A stretch of DNA of 64,000 nucleotides. Source: the human T2T-CHM13v2.0 reference genome, Homo sapiens. Location of the stretch: assembly GCF_009914755.1 (NCBI RefSeq), contig NC_060933.1. One strand, 5' to 3'. The notes below the pieces were generated by a model. That model was not told the DNA's origin, ran no database searches, and was given only the letters and a program-made list of their open reading frames with translations. The translations under genes and the position numbers were made by a program. Positions 49,150-64,000 of this stretch are shown one piece after another. The stretch's first letter is position 1; the number at the start of each line of letters is the position of its first letter.

Positions 49150-51440
49150 AAAATATACACTAATACAGATTAACCAACTAAAAAAAAGTAGAGAAAGGTC
49201 ATTTAAAAAATATAAAGCATACAGTAATAATCTAACACGTTGAAATCTAAGAAGGAGAAAACAGCTGGTCTGAACAGCATTTTAAGTGGCAATGTTAGAG
49301 GTTTTATCAAAATTGACCAATAATATTAAACCACAGGTTCAGGAGGCTTTGCAAACCAAAAGAAAACACACACAGAGGACACACCTAGAAACATAATGGG
49401 ACAATTTCTGAAAAGTAAAAGAAAAATGTCAAGAGCACTTGATAAAAAAATTGGGCTAACTATAAACAGAAAGAGTTGACTGATAACAACCGTGTCAAAT
49501 GAAACAATGAAAGCCAACAAGTGAGGTATTGATACCTTTCAAGTCCTGAAATAAAATAAGTGCCGACCTAGAACTGTCTATTTGGTGGACATATCCATCA
49601 AAAACAAAGATACAATAAAGAATTTCTCCCAAGCAGACCCACAGGAAAGGAAATTGTAAAGATTATTCTTCAGGTAGAAGAGCCATGATCCCTGATGAAA
49701 GTTTGCAGTTAGAAGAACGCTTTTTTTTTAATGAAAGAAGTAAACACAGAGAGAAATTTAATTGGATATCGACGGTATAACAGAATGCTATCTCATAAAG
49801 TTTAAAATGTATCTTCCATACAACAGCAGAAGCATATAAGTTGTGAGTTGGATAAATTAATTTAAAAATATTGTCAAGTTTTTTTGCAAATAGATAAACG
49901 TACCAATTATATTAGACCCTGAATTCGAGAATGCACGTTATAATAAACCAGTTAAAACATACTCAGACCAGATTTTTCAATGGACTCTCTTAAAGTTTTT
50001 ATAATTTATATTTATATTTCACATATGTTGAAACTAAATAATGGAAAAGCATGCAATGCAAATATTAACCAAAATATAGCTTTAGTTGTACTTATATTCA
50101 CATTTTAAAAGTTGGACACAGTTAAGTCTCAGTGATTTTTTTACACAACGGAAGCAAGCTGTGCAGTTATAACTAACTAGTATTATATTATGCTCTTGGC
50201 CTGATTACAGAAGGGAAAGGGGCGATCATACCAGACAATGGCAGAATGAAGCAACAAGGAGTAGAGTTACAGAACATGATGCTGTAAATGGGACTGGAGG
50301 TACTCTTTTAGAGTTAAAGAATAGTAAACTGGACAAAATATATGAAACTTTTTTTGAAGTACTGAACATCAGGCAGCACAGTACTGTGCTCCGCAAGAGA
50401 AGAGAAGGAGCCAGAATGAGTCCTGCTTTATTCCCAGGTTCTCCGTGACAGCAGTAGAGAGGAATCCCAGAGACAGCAGACATTGTCATTGCACTGAGGA
50501 ACCAGATAAAAATCAAAAAAGGTTAAGCAGCTGGAATGTGTAGTAGAAGAGAACGTTTACAGAAAAAGGAACCAATAATCAGCCTAAGGTTTCTCCCAAG
50601 TCCCTAAGTCAAAGGTACATAGGATGAAATTCTAAGGAGCTCAGCAAAAGACTCTACCACGGAGTTGGAAGAACACTTCCCTGGCATCACATGAAAGGAA
50701 GACATGTTAGCTCTGACCAGCCAGAGATGGGAATCCCCTCTGTACCTCCAGGATATTCAGTAAAGACCACTGGAGGTTCATGCCCCAGTGACAGTGCTCA
50801 TTTAGCTCCAAATTACAGATGGCTCTAGACTAACTCCACAAAGTTTAAAGAGAAGATTTAAAACAACAACAGAAAAATACTCATCCTGAAGTTACTGAAC
50901 TGCCTGCCACAACATTGTTCAAAGGTAGCCAATAAAATCTAGATATTCAATAGCATAACATCAAAATACCCCCCCCCAAAAAAAACTCTGACATGCAAAG
51001 AAGCCGGAAGATATATATTATTAAGATATATATTAACAGTATAAAAATAAGTCGTTTATAAATGACAGAGAAGAAGGAATTTTCAAGGCCCTTAAAGTAA
51101 ATATATTTTATAAATACATATAGATAAATACATATATATGTCAAAGTACTTAAATGAAAATTGATCATAGGAGAAAAATAGAAGTTATAAAATGAAAAAT
51201 GTGACATGTATAGATGAAAAATAAACATTTGAAATAAAAATTCCATGAGATAGAATAAGTTATGGATTTTACCCTAACATCAGAAAATTTATAGAAAAAA
51301 ATAGAAGCTTTCCAAACTAAAGGACAAAGGGTAAACTAAAATAAGAAAGCCAGAAACTCACTGATACGTGAGACAATATGCAGCAGTGTAACATACATGT
51401 AATTAATATCTCAAAAAGGATGGGTGGGGGAATTATAGTT
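49150..51440 (+). mobile_element. Ancient L1M fragments (ORF1 and 5' region)
   Basis: gaaacaatgaaagcc...acctagaact...attcttcaggtagaag resembles the old L1 ORF1 end; heavily decayed. Confidence 0.45.
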
Positions 51441-51499
51441 GAATAAAGAATGGTACACTCATTCCTGAGGGCACCGAGGAGGGAGGATAGCTTGAGATT

Positions 51500-51632
51500 C
51501 CTAAGGGAGGGTATTATCCATTCATGAAAGTCCATCCCCATGACACAACACCTCCCAGTAAGCCCCACTTCCAACATTGGGGATCAAATTTTAACGTGAG
51601 ATTTGGAAGGGGCAATCATTCAAACCATAGCA
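51500..51632 (-). mobile_element. MST-type MaLR LTR fragment
   Basis: ccccacttccaacattggggatcaaattttaacgtgagatttgg...aaaccatagca. Confidence 0.8.
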
Positions 51633-52997
51633 AGAGTTAAATTTCCTTTTAAAGAAAATCACTGATATGATTCCATTTCGCCATAGATAAAAACTAGTAT
51701 TTCAGCCTACCATTGAGTGTACTTATAGCTAACGGAAAGGGCACTCTGTTTCGGGAATACAGATTTGCCTAGAGGTATCCTATTGCAGTCAAAGAAAGAG
51801 CAATGAGGGATAGAAAAGGTTAGTGATGGAGACACCAACGCTGCATTTTACAACAAACAATGTAAAAACTTTACGGATTGCTTCTTCTAACTTACTACAG
51901 TATACATTCCTCTCAGGTGGGAAAATTGTTGAGTTTTTTCTTAAGATAGAAAAGCAATTCAGACAATCTGAAATCTCCACAAGAAGGATAAGAAGCACAG
52001 CAGAAGCTATTCTAGGCAGGAAGTCAATCCATTCAACTGTCTGTGCTCCATAGAAACAATTGTCTGCACTGGGAGTCGTACGAGGTACAGACAACAGCCA
52101 GACCTCTGATCCTCTCATTAGTGATTTCAGAAGAAATTACCAGTCAGCTGAGTAATTCACTGAGTAAACATTTGGCACTGACAGAGGTTAGACGGATAAC
52201 TATTTGTATCACCATATTCATGAAGCTGGAATATTTTCCATTACTTGTATCATATATGAATGGAAGATGTTAAAAGGTCTCTCATCTTGTAAGATGGATA
52301 TGAAAGAACACTTTCTGAGAAATGAAATTATTCACACACCAGCGAGGTGGATGGAAGAGAAAAAAAAGAATAATCAGCTTGAGTTCTTCTCCTTGATAAG
52401 ACAACTTACTAAAAACATAAAGAGAAAAATACAAGTTTAAAATAATTAACCAGAAGAAGACGACTCTAGAGTTTTTAAATTGCTGATAAGATTTTAATTT
52501 GCTCCAAGTTGAAAATAACTATATTGCTTGTGTTTTAAGGTACATAATGAGCAATTATATCACACATGATAGATTCAGCAGTAAAATATTATCTGTTAAC
52601 AGCTGGAACTCATAAAAGCATAGCACAATGTGAAGATGGAATTTGCTAAAATAAACCATCTGCTGGAAAAATACTATTCTGCAAATTTAAAAATAAAGTT
52701 TAAATGTTATTTGTCTTATTTAATAGGTCTGTGAAAAAATGCGATATTTGAAAAGTAGGTGCTACCTTAATTAGTTCTTTATACTAGACAGCTGGTTACA
52801 GTAATGCACAGTAAGGTGCTACATACAAATATTGCTAAATTTTCTGCATATACTATGTATTTAGCTTAAATTATTTGAAATTTTACAGTTAAAGTAACAA
52901 ATGTATATTTAAATGTTTTGACACAAATTGCAAATATACCTTTAAAAAGCGTCTTACACTCTAAATATTATTTTTCACATATATATATGTCTTTTCT

Positions 52998-53927
<930 letters not shown>

Positions 53928-54902
53928 CTCCATATGTACAATAAATATTATTGTGATTTTTAATCTTTTTTGTGGAGGAAACACAGGTGTGATTTCTAGT
54001 GTAGCTGAACATCGTTTATTTGACAATATTGCACTTGTGTGTGGGTGTGTGCGTGTGTAGCTACTCTTTAATTTTGTTCTCACATAATGATTAGATATTA
54101 ACAATTAATTCAGTAAAATGTATGTTTTGCAATATTTCTCCATGTTATCATGCTTTAAATTAGTTTAATCATGACCCTATAATGTGTACATTTTAACCTT
54201 TGACTATAGGTCTCAATCTTACTTTGGTTCCTGTATTTGAATTTATGCTAATAAAGTCCTACAGCTAAAAAAGATTATATAAACTTATCTACATTTTTAC
54301 TAGTATTCTGGTGTCATTTTAAATTATGTAATGAAATCAAATTTTAATTTGGATTATTGTTATCTGAGTTAAGGATGTAAATTTTTAATATTCTTATAAA
54401 TATTACATAATTATTTCTGAACCATATATTGACTAATCTGCCCTTTATATGATGTGCATTATAAGAGCTTGGGATTGTTTCATTTGCAAAGATGAATGCT
54501 TGAGAAGTAGATATTTAATCATAACGTTTCAAAATCTATTGGATAACCTAGAATTGAAAAATAGCCTATAGGTTGAAAAACTCCTGTAGTGAAGGAAGAA
54601 AATAACTAATATACAGTGACAATATAAATATTATAAGTATTTATTTTATTATCGCCCTGAAATTTGATAATACAAACATGTAATATCTACATATCATCCA
54701 TATATCATGTCATAAAAAAATCAATACATTCTTCAAAAATTTAGCATAACAGAAAATGAACTCTCTCTCCTTGATGGAATTAAGTTACAAATAAAAGTAA
54801 AAAATAAATAGATAAGTAGATGGAAGTAGATGTTTGAAAACAAAGAAAAATACTTGTTTTGGATAACATAAAATCTCAATTGACAATTCCAATATTTCCA
54901 GA

Positions 54903-55097
54903 ACTTTCCCTGTCAACTGGTGGAGAGTTTTCCCCAGGAGACATTTGTCAATGTCTAGTGTTATTGTGGGGATGTCAAGACTGGTGGAGGTGTGAAATTT
55001 AGAGGTCAAACGAAACACCTAGCATTGCTAGGGCAGCCTCCCACAGCAAAGAATCCTCTGGTCCTAAAGGTAAGTAGCACCAAGGTTGAGAAACCAT
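54903..55097 (+). mobile_element. MER20 DNA transposon relic
   Basis: ggagacatttgtcaatgtct...cccacagcaaagaat...aggttgagaaacc. Confidence 0.7.
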
Positions 55098-55213
55098 AAT
55101 CTAGACAGTAAACACTACGTAGCTATTCCAAGTGCTCAGGAAAACACATCAGTGCCCTTGGGGGGAAAAGTGTGAACATTTTAATTGCCGTACATGGTGA
55201 CACAAATCCATGT

Positions 55214-55667
55214 TGTTAATCTAAGTGGAAGGGGCTGAAGCACAAAATGTAATTCAAAGAGTTTACTTGAGCCAAAATGAGGACAGCTGCCTGGAAGAAA
55301 CAGACCCAAGTATCCTTGGATATGAACTCCCTTTGGAGCTTTGCAACAAGCAGTTTCTTAAAGGCAAAAAAGGGTCCAGAAGTGGGATGATGCAAATAGG
55401 TTTGTCACAAATTCTCATTGGCTTATGGAAATAGCATTTATTAGTGACTGGCTATACACTGTTACACTATTATTGGGTGTGGATTATACTATCTGGTGTG
55501 GCGTTATTGGTTAATTAATAGCTACTGTGGCAACAGCAAGCAGCCTAGATGAACACACAGCTCAAAGAGGAGCAGGACAGAACTGCTGTCTCATTTGAAT
55601 ATCTCTCTGGGCCTGATTATTTAAAAGGACTTGCATTTCTCACATGAAAGTTATTTTCTTTTCTCAA
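55214..55667 (-). mobile_element. ERV1-class solo LTR (LTR54-like, subfamily tentative)
   Basis: tgttaatc...ttttcttttctca; shares ggcctgat...aaaaggacttgca and other blocks with 35339-35800. Confidence 0.65.
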
Positions 55668-55844
55668 TGTCCATAAATGAGAATAAATAGACGTAAAAGA
55701 GATCTTTTCGAGGATGAAGTAAATGGAATGAAAAACAAAACCCAAGCTGAACAGAAATCATAGAGGGAAGAAAAGGTTATAAATATATGGATTTGTCAGA
55801 GTGATTTTAAGCTATTAGGAATCAGTTAAATGTTTTGGGATTTT

Positions 55845-56393
55845 GTCTGAGAATGGGCTAAAGGAGAATGTCCCTTTTGCCTTCTGAAGTTTCCCTGAAA
55901 ATCACTAATAGGAGGCAGATAAATAGTAGAAAAGGCATACAGGTTTCTGCAATGTGTGTACACTGGAGCCCTTAGAACGAAGACCCAGACACACGATGCG
56001 TGCAGAAGCTTATCTACCACATGAAGTTTACAGAAAGAATGGGGTCTTGGATCACAGGAAAAAAAAAAGGTTATGTGAGAAAACGACCCTGGCTAGCAAC
56101 AGTGGACTTATTACATAGGTGAAACCTCACTGGGAGCAGTCCTCAGAGAGAATAGACAGAAAATGTTTCTTTCAGACCTTTGGAGACCTCAGATGCTCAG
56201 TTAACCTTTCCTAGATCCAGACAAGGGGGCAGACCTCAGAGAAAGCCTGGCTGCATCAAGGCAGATTCTCTACCAATGCAAATCTCCCCAAGACAGCTTT
56301 GCAGCTAAGTTTGCATTCCCAGCCCTTCTCAATAGCCATTTTGAAATATATCAAGGAAATATATTTAGGGGTAAAATATATTAGTTTCCTTCA
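55845..56393 (-). mobile_element. ERV1-class solo LTR (MER34/39/49 group)
   Basis: Ends gaaatatatttaggggtaaaatatattagtttccttca. Confidence 0.65.
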
Positions 56394-58329
56394 TACAGCT
56401 ATAAAACATACAGGAATAATTTTTGTCAATGTCTACTACAAATCCAATGTAGCAGTAATTATAAAACCCACCAGATATTGAAGAAAAAATATGTAGAGTA
56501 CATCAATTACAAATGTTGATACTAAAATGCCAAATAAAATAAAAATAATATCCAACAATGTTTGAAACAGTAAGACAAGAAATTGGCAAAAAAAATAAAA
56601 CAAATATCCACCTTGGGGATGAAAGTGTGTTTCCAAATTTGGTAATCCAATAATATTAATAATAATATTGATTAGCCCAAATTAAAAATAAATAGGGGAT
56701 TCTCAGTACATGCTAAAATATATTTGTTAAAAGGCAATATTCATGTCTGTAAAGATTTTAAATGCTGTAAAGAGTCTGATATTCTATATGCAAACATGTG
56801 TATGTCCATTAGAAGAAGAGAGGCCTGATTTTCATATGTTACTACATAGAGATAGAGAAGTGGATAGATTAATTTGCATACGCATAGAGAAAGCATAAAA
56901 TAGAAATTTACTGTCATATTAAAGGAATTTTAATTCAACAATAAAATAATTCAAAGGTAAAATTTTAAATATTTTTAACAGGTACATTATTAATATTAGA
57001 TAATATTTATGATAATTGTGAAAATATTCAATGCTAAAATAAGATACAATGTCTAAACATCAGTATTAAAACTAGTATAAATATTTGCTTGTTTATACAA
57101 GGAAAATTCAAGCTCGACCTAAAATTATATAGGAAATAAAAGAAAAATTTTAAGGGAGCTCTTTAATAACATAAACATATATATATACACACACACATAT
57201 ATAGCATGTATATATGTTATATGGGATAGATATAGATTTAACATGTTATATCTATATTTGTATCTATAACTACAGCTGTATGTATCTACATTTCTATATA
57301 TTTACTCAGTGATATAAATATAGACTGGAATAAATATAAAGACACATATTATTCTTGGATAAAAAGGATTTAGTATCATAAAGACAAATTATTTCCAAAT
57401 TCACTTATGAATTCACAACAATATACAGTTTCATTAGTATAATTTAAAATTTTTAAATAAATTCCAAGATTCATTTAAAGGAATATACATGTATACAAGC
57501 AGTCAAGAAAGAAGCAAGAGTGCACTAAAGTAACTTGCTATTGAAATACATTTTTAAACTTAGTAACTAAAACTGAGCAGTACTGATTTGGAGTACTGGA
57601 ATTTAGGTATATGGGATCTCAAAAGCACAGAGCTCAAAGGAGACCCCTGTATGCACGAGAGCTTAGGATGTGCTTTGGAAGGCATTACCAAACCACGGAC
57701 AAAGTTACTTTAGTTTCTTAGTCTTACTAGGTTTGAAAAGCCAGAGAAAAGACTCAAGACCACCATATAAGAGCAAAACAAAAGGACAGGGAGAGAATGT
57801 GAAGATACTGAAACTTTTACATAAAGTTGTATAAAATATCCTTTAAAGAAAATGTAAAGTTTAGGATATACATCAAAATCAGCAGAGCCACTAAATAAAT
57901 AAATAGGCATTGTAAAATAGCAAGAGAAAATTTAAATGGATTTCTAAAAAATATTGACACCTATGATTTTTAAAATATGTTTAAGATATCCCGCATTTCA
58001 CAGGGCAGCCTTTCACAACACAGATATGTTAGGACATAAAGGTTCTTCTGTTTTTAATTTACTAGTGTTTATAGGGTTACAAATGTCTTCTACCCTTGTC
58101 TTTTGTCTGATGGTGCAAAAAATTTTCATAAGCATGTATTTCTGAATGCCTGATGGATTGACATATATAATATGTTGCTAGTATTAAAATATGTGACGGA
58201 AAACGCATCCAATCTTCTCACTGTTTACATAAATTCTAGGTTTCTCCTATTTACCTCAAGCACGTATGGAGCGAATTCTTACCTTTTAATATTGCCATGG
58301 CATTCACATTGAACATAAGTTGAACTCTC

Positions 58330-59460
58330 TCATATGGTAGCTGGGTTCAGATTCCCTTGACAATTTCCAGTTCTAACCCTCACAGTTCCTCAGTGTGGCT
58401 GGCCTAGATATTGACCCTACACAGTTGCCTCCTCCTGGTGACTACCAGCTATGGAACCGTTGGATACAACCTACCTGACTCACCCCACAGACCTCACAGC
58501 GCACATGGACAGACCCCACACGCCAGAGTGACCTGCTCGGTTGCAGCGGGAGTCAAGAAATGTGCCTGCTGGCACTCACCCCACAGACTAGTGCCCCGTG
58601 GAAAACTTATTTGGGTAATGTTCTGGGCCGAATAAAGGCTGGAGTCCCACAGACCCCTTTTCTCTCTCCTGCTCCCCACTCATCTTCCCCATTTTGTTCA
58701 GCCCTATGAGGTGTGCTACTGTATTAGTCCGTTTTCACACTGCTGGTAAAGACATGCCCAAGACTGTGTAATTTCCAGAAGAAAGAGTTTTAATAGACGC
58801 ACAGTTCCACATGGCTGGGTAGGCCTCACAATCATGGTGCAAGGTGAAAGGCAAGTCTCACATGGCAGCAGACAAGACAAGAGAGCTTGTGCAGGGAAAC
58901 TCCCCTTTATAAAACCATCAGATCTTGTGAGACTTATTCACTATCAGAAGAACAGCATGGGAAAGACCTGCCCCCATGATTCAATTACCTCCCACCTGTT
59001 CCCTCCCACAACATGTGGGAATTCAAGATGAGATTTGGCTGGGGACACAGCTAAACCCTCTTCTCAGCTACCCTCTTCTCTCTGGATCTGTGAGTAATAA
59101 ACCTACTTCTGTGATTTCCCATGTTTGGTTCTGTGGCCTCCATGGGTCTGAGCTGACCTACACTGGAACCTAACTCTCCTCCTGGCCAGGGTCTCTGAGA
59201 GTGGCTCTTGTCAGAAATACACAGGACACAGGTCAGGCAACAGTCACCAGGCATCTCCTAGTCTCAACAGATGTTCTGTGAGAGGGAGGCCTGGTCGTGG
59301 GATGCACATCTGGCCACTGCTGGTGTAAGGAAGTGTCCTGTGAAAGGCACATGTTAAGCATCCACAACCCCCTGACCAGAACCCCAGAAAGGCAGGGCTC
59401 CAATTCACAGTCACTCTCCAGAGACAAACCTCAAGCCCTAACTGGAGGAAAAGAAAACAA
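58330..59460 (+). mobile_element. Old ERVL-type LTR (MER54/73/74 group, tentative) split by THE1
   Basis: GC-richer LTR-like sequence with aataaa at 58631 and gtgagtaataaa near 59090; boundaries approximate. Confidence 0.45.
58720..59066 (-). mobile_element. THE1A-like MaLR solo LTR
   Basis: tgtattagtcc...gtgggaattcaagatgagatttgg...ca with perfect 5-bp TSD gctac (58715-58719 / 59067-59071). Confidence 0.93.
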
Positions 59461-60638
59461 TGTAAAAAGTTGAATTTATCTTACTATTTCAATGATCCAG
59501 TAAAGACATTCTATGCCTGTACACCACATATTTTCTTCGATTGTGGATTTATTTTAGATAGAATTTTATGTCTGGCTTTCACTTTAGCCTGGTCCCTACC
59601 TCAAGCATAAGGTAAAGATTTTCCATGGGTTCTTTTCTGGTACTACTATCTGCCAGTGTGGGGTCATGTCCTAGTCTATCTTGAGGGAATCCCCCTGTTC
59701 ATTATTGTCAGAGTGAGACTGTTAAGTCTTGATTTCCCTGGACAACTTCACTGCATAACTTTTAATATGATTTTTTAATATTCCCTTTACTGGACAATAA
59801 ATTATATAGTTATCAGAGTAAGAGATATGGTCAGGAAGAGGCATTGCCTCATTCAGCTTTTCTCTTTGGTGAACTCGCATATGTTCTCCTCACCCGCCAG
59901 TCACCTCTAAACCGTATTGTTCCAAGACAACAAAGAGAACTCGAGTGTGTATCTTTCACCACTGGATTTGTGTTTGCTCCATAAAGCTTCATGCTTAATA
60001 GGGTTTCTGTTAGCATTTTCTCTGTTTATTTTCCCATAAAATATCACAGGCCTTTTTCATATGGAATTATGGGTGATTTCCTTCAATTTGCATCATATCA
60101 AGTTGAGGTTCATGTTGATGAAAAGTAAAACATACATTGAAAATATCAGTAATGATGTTTTCCCCTCCTTTTTAGCACCAGTGCTTGTGATACAAGCACA
60201 TTTTAATACAACTGTAGTCTCATGCTTTGATCATTCCTATGATGAAAATAACATTTTTAGATAAAATATCTGAGTTTTATGAGGCCTTTAGTATGTGATG
60301 TGATAGAATATCAGAAGACCATACTTTTTTCTAGTTTTCTGTGCAATTCTATCATTGTTTCATCTTTACTCCTACCAGAGTAATTTTCCAAAATAGATAT
60401 CTTGTCATTCTTCCTCTTGTTATCAGTAAATAAGTGAAATGAAAAGCTAGATTATATAATTTATCTAGAACAAGAAAGTAGAATTGAATCTATATTCATT
60501 AATGAGACTAACCAGTCAATTACACAGATAAGCATTTTACATGTTGAAGATCATATGGAACCATTGTCAGAAATATTATTATTTATGTCTATATGGACAT
60601 CACCTGTACATATTTACACAGAAATCAATGAGAGCTGA

Positions 60639-60949
<311 letters not shown>

Positions 60950-61932
60950 GGAAGCTGATTTTTAAAATACTGAGATCATATACATGACAACACCTGAAAA
61001 ATAGACAACACCAAGCTTTATGTTAAAAGGTGTGAGGGTATCAATATTGTTGTGGCTATTGGGGAGGAAAACATTAGTAAAACCAGTGAGTTAAAGCTGT
61101 TGCTTTAAACTTTGGCTTTAATTTAACAAATGTTCTATGGAGTGACAGTATGTATGTAACCATGCTATGCCCATTCACAGATGCAGTAGAGGGAAGAATT
61201 TCTCAAAGACAACTGTTCTAAGACTCAAATTAAACTGTACTAGGTTTGAAAAGAGAAATTCCAGGAATTACCAAATATTTTAGATATCAGATAAAAGAGA
61301 ATGCCAGATATGCGATGATAATCAGCAATGGTTGTTCACACAATACATCAAATCAGTATTTGAATTAGCTTTTGAATTACAAGGACAAATGGACCAAGTC
61401 TAGACTCCTTAGTAGATAAATCTTATTAGGCTGAGATGTGTTTTCCCCTGTTTTTCCACAAGGAGATTACAAATTTGCAAACCTCAGCTGCTCTCATTTT
61501 ATGCTCTCACCAAGCTAAAGCTGAAGTTCATCAATCAGTGTGTCTAAGTGTTCACTGGTTATAGACCATTTTGTAGTTTCAGCTATCTTTCCAACTTCCT
61601 AAATCATCACCTTCATTTGATCTTGTTTTTTTCCACTATCACTTCTTTATTGACCATATAAAGAATATAAGTGAGTTCTGATTTTGTTATTGTTCATTTT
61701 AGTCTAATTTCATCAAAATATCACAATCTTTTAATTTCATTTTAATTTCAAAGATTAAATGAAACCTACATAGAAATGTGTGTAAGATTTGCATTTGCAT
61801 TATTTTGGCATCAATTTGCTATCCTCCCTCATGCACACAGAAATCATTTCCACGTATGTGATTTCAAACATCCAAGTGCAGTATTAAAAGCAGTTGTAAA
61901 TTATGGTTCTCATTTTCATGATACAATTATAA

Positions 61933-62748
<816 letters not shown>

Positions 62749-62835
62749 GACATAATCTATTTACCTGCAGATTAAAGCGTTCTTTATTTTTCTGTCTCCC
62801 TCTCTTAATTTTTTAAAAATAATATGAATTGTAGT

Positions 62836-63446
62836 AAAGAGAAAGAAAAGAAAACAAAGAAAAAGAAGGAAGGAAATAAAGAAAGAAGAAAGAAAAGGAG
62901 GAGGAAATGAGGGAAGGAAGGGAGGGAGGGAGGAAGGGAGAAAGGCAGGAAGGGAGAAAAAAGAAAACATGAACACAAGAAAGAAGGAAGGAAAGAAAAG
63001 AAAGAAAGAAAGAGAAAGAAAGAGAGAAAGAGAGAAAGAAAGAAAGGAGGAAGGGAGGAAGAAAAGGAGGAAGAGAGAATGGTAAAAGGGAGGAAGGCAA
63101 AGAAACAAAGAAAATAAAGAGGCGAAGGAAGGAAGGAAAAAGAGGAAAGGAAGGGAGGGAGGAAGGAAGAAAAGGAGGGCGGGAGGAAGGGAGAAAAAAG
63201 GAAAGAAAGCAACAACGTGAGAAAGAAAGAAAGAATACGAGAAAAGAAGGAAGAAAAGGGAGGGAGAAAGGAAGGGAGGGAGGAGGGAAGGAAGAATAAG
63301 AGGAAAGAAAGAAAGAAGGAAAGAAGGAAGGAGAAAAAAGAAAGAAAGGAAAAGAAAAAAGAAAAGAAAAGGAAGAGGAAAAGAAGAAAGGAAGGAAGAA
63401 GGCAAGGGAAGGGAAGAGAAGACAAAGGAAGATGGAAAGAAGGAAG
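62836..63446 (+). repeat. GA-rich polypurine low-complexity tract (~610 bp)
   Basis: Mixed (GAAA)n/(GGAA)n/(GGGA)n with very few pyrimidines on the + strand. Confidence 0.95.
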
Positions 63447-63489
63447 ACCGCAAACATTAGAAATTCTGTGTTTGTTAGAGAATATGCCA

Positions 63490-64000
63490 TACTGTTTTTT
63501 TTTCACTTGAAAGGAAAGAGTAGCTGCCATTGAAGATTGGATGTCTTGTTGGTGATATTGTTGTTCTTATCTTCCACATGATTACTGAGTTTGTGCCTAG
63601 TCTTTCCATTACTAAGACAAAAGTGTTGAAGTCTGCAAATATAATTTTGGATTTTTCTAGTTCACCTTTGATTTCTTTCATGTTTTACCTCATGTATTTG
63701 GAGGCTCTGTTGTTAGCTGCATACCCTAATTAGTAGGATGTTTACATCTTCTTGAGAATTGATTATTCTATTATCTATTATCTCTCATCTCTGATACTAT
63801 TTCTTGTTCCGAACTCTGTTGTGTCTAATATCAATGTAGTCCTTCCACAGCCTTATTTTAGTGTTTCCATGATATGGCTTTCTCCATATCTTGATGATAA
63901 CCTATTTATATCTCTATATATTTGGAGCAAGATATAAAATTTAGACTTGATTTTTTAAAGATTTTTCAAGACGGAATTCTTATTTCTTTTTGTTCTATTT
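63490..64000 (-). mobile_element. Old L1M ORF2 endonuclease-region fragment
   Basis: Minus ORF MKEIKGELEKSKIIFADFNTFVLVMER resembles the L1 EN motif IIVGDFNTPLS. Confidence 0.7.

Noticed and set aside
51789-52440. Cluster of 76-109 aa ORFs in apparently non-repeat DNA
   Set aside because: No recognisable domain or exon structure; would need BLAST or transcript evidence.
62761-63530. 225-241 aa F/L/S/P-rich and K/R/E-rich ORFs
   Set aside because: Translations of the GA low-complexity tract, which cannot contain many stops.

Overview
Primate (almost certainly human) repeat-rich genomic DNA with no intact protein-coding gene. It reads as a pericentromeric segmental-duplication mosaic. (1) An unprocessed, promoter-less KRAB-C2H2 zinc-finger pseudogene of the ZNF91/ZNF141-type subfamily on the minus strand: KRAB-A exon 30314-30440 with both splice sites mutated, shortened KRAB-B exon 29724-29798, and a zinc-finger exon from 14936 down with ~24 fingers, several stops/frameshifts and internal multi-finger block duplications. 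(2) A ~4.2-kb 48-bp CER-type satellite array (38786-43008) whose left edge is a fold-back inversion fused to a short L1 3' stub. (3) A full-length dead L1PA3-like element (43028-49147, +) that retains the ZNF93-bound 5'UTR segment and an open antisense ORF0 frame pointing at the pseudogene. (4) Many Alu, old L1, LTR and DNA-transposon relics and a terminal polypurine tract. No new biological system is demonstrated. The most interesting testable idea is an L1 antisense-promoter/ORF0 transcript splicing across the satellite into the orphaned KRAB-ZNF exons. Repeat subfamily names are from recalled consensus features and need RepeatMasker/Dfam confirmation.
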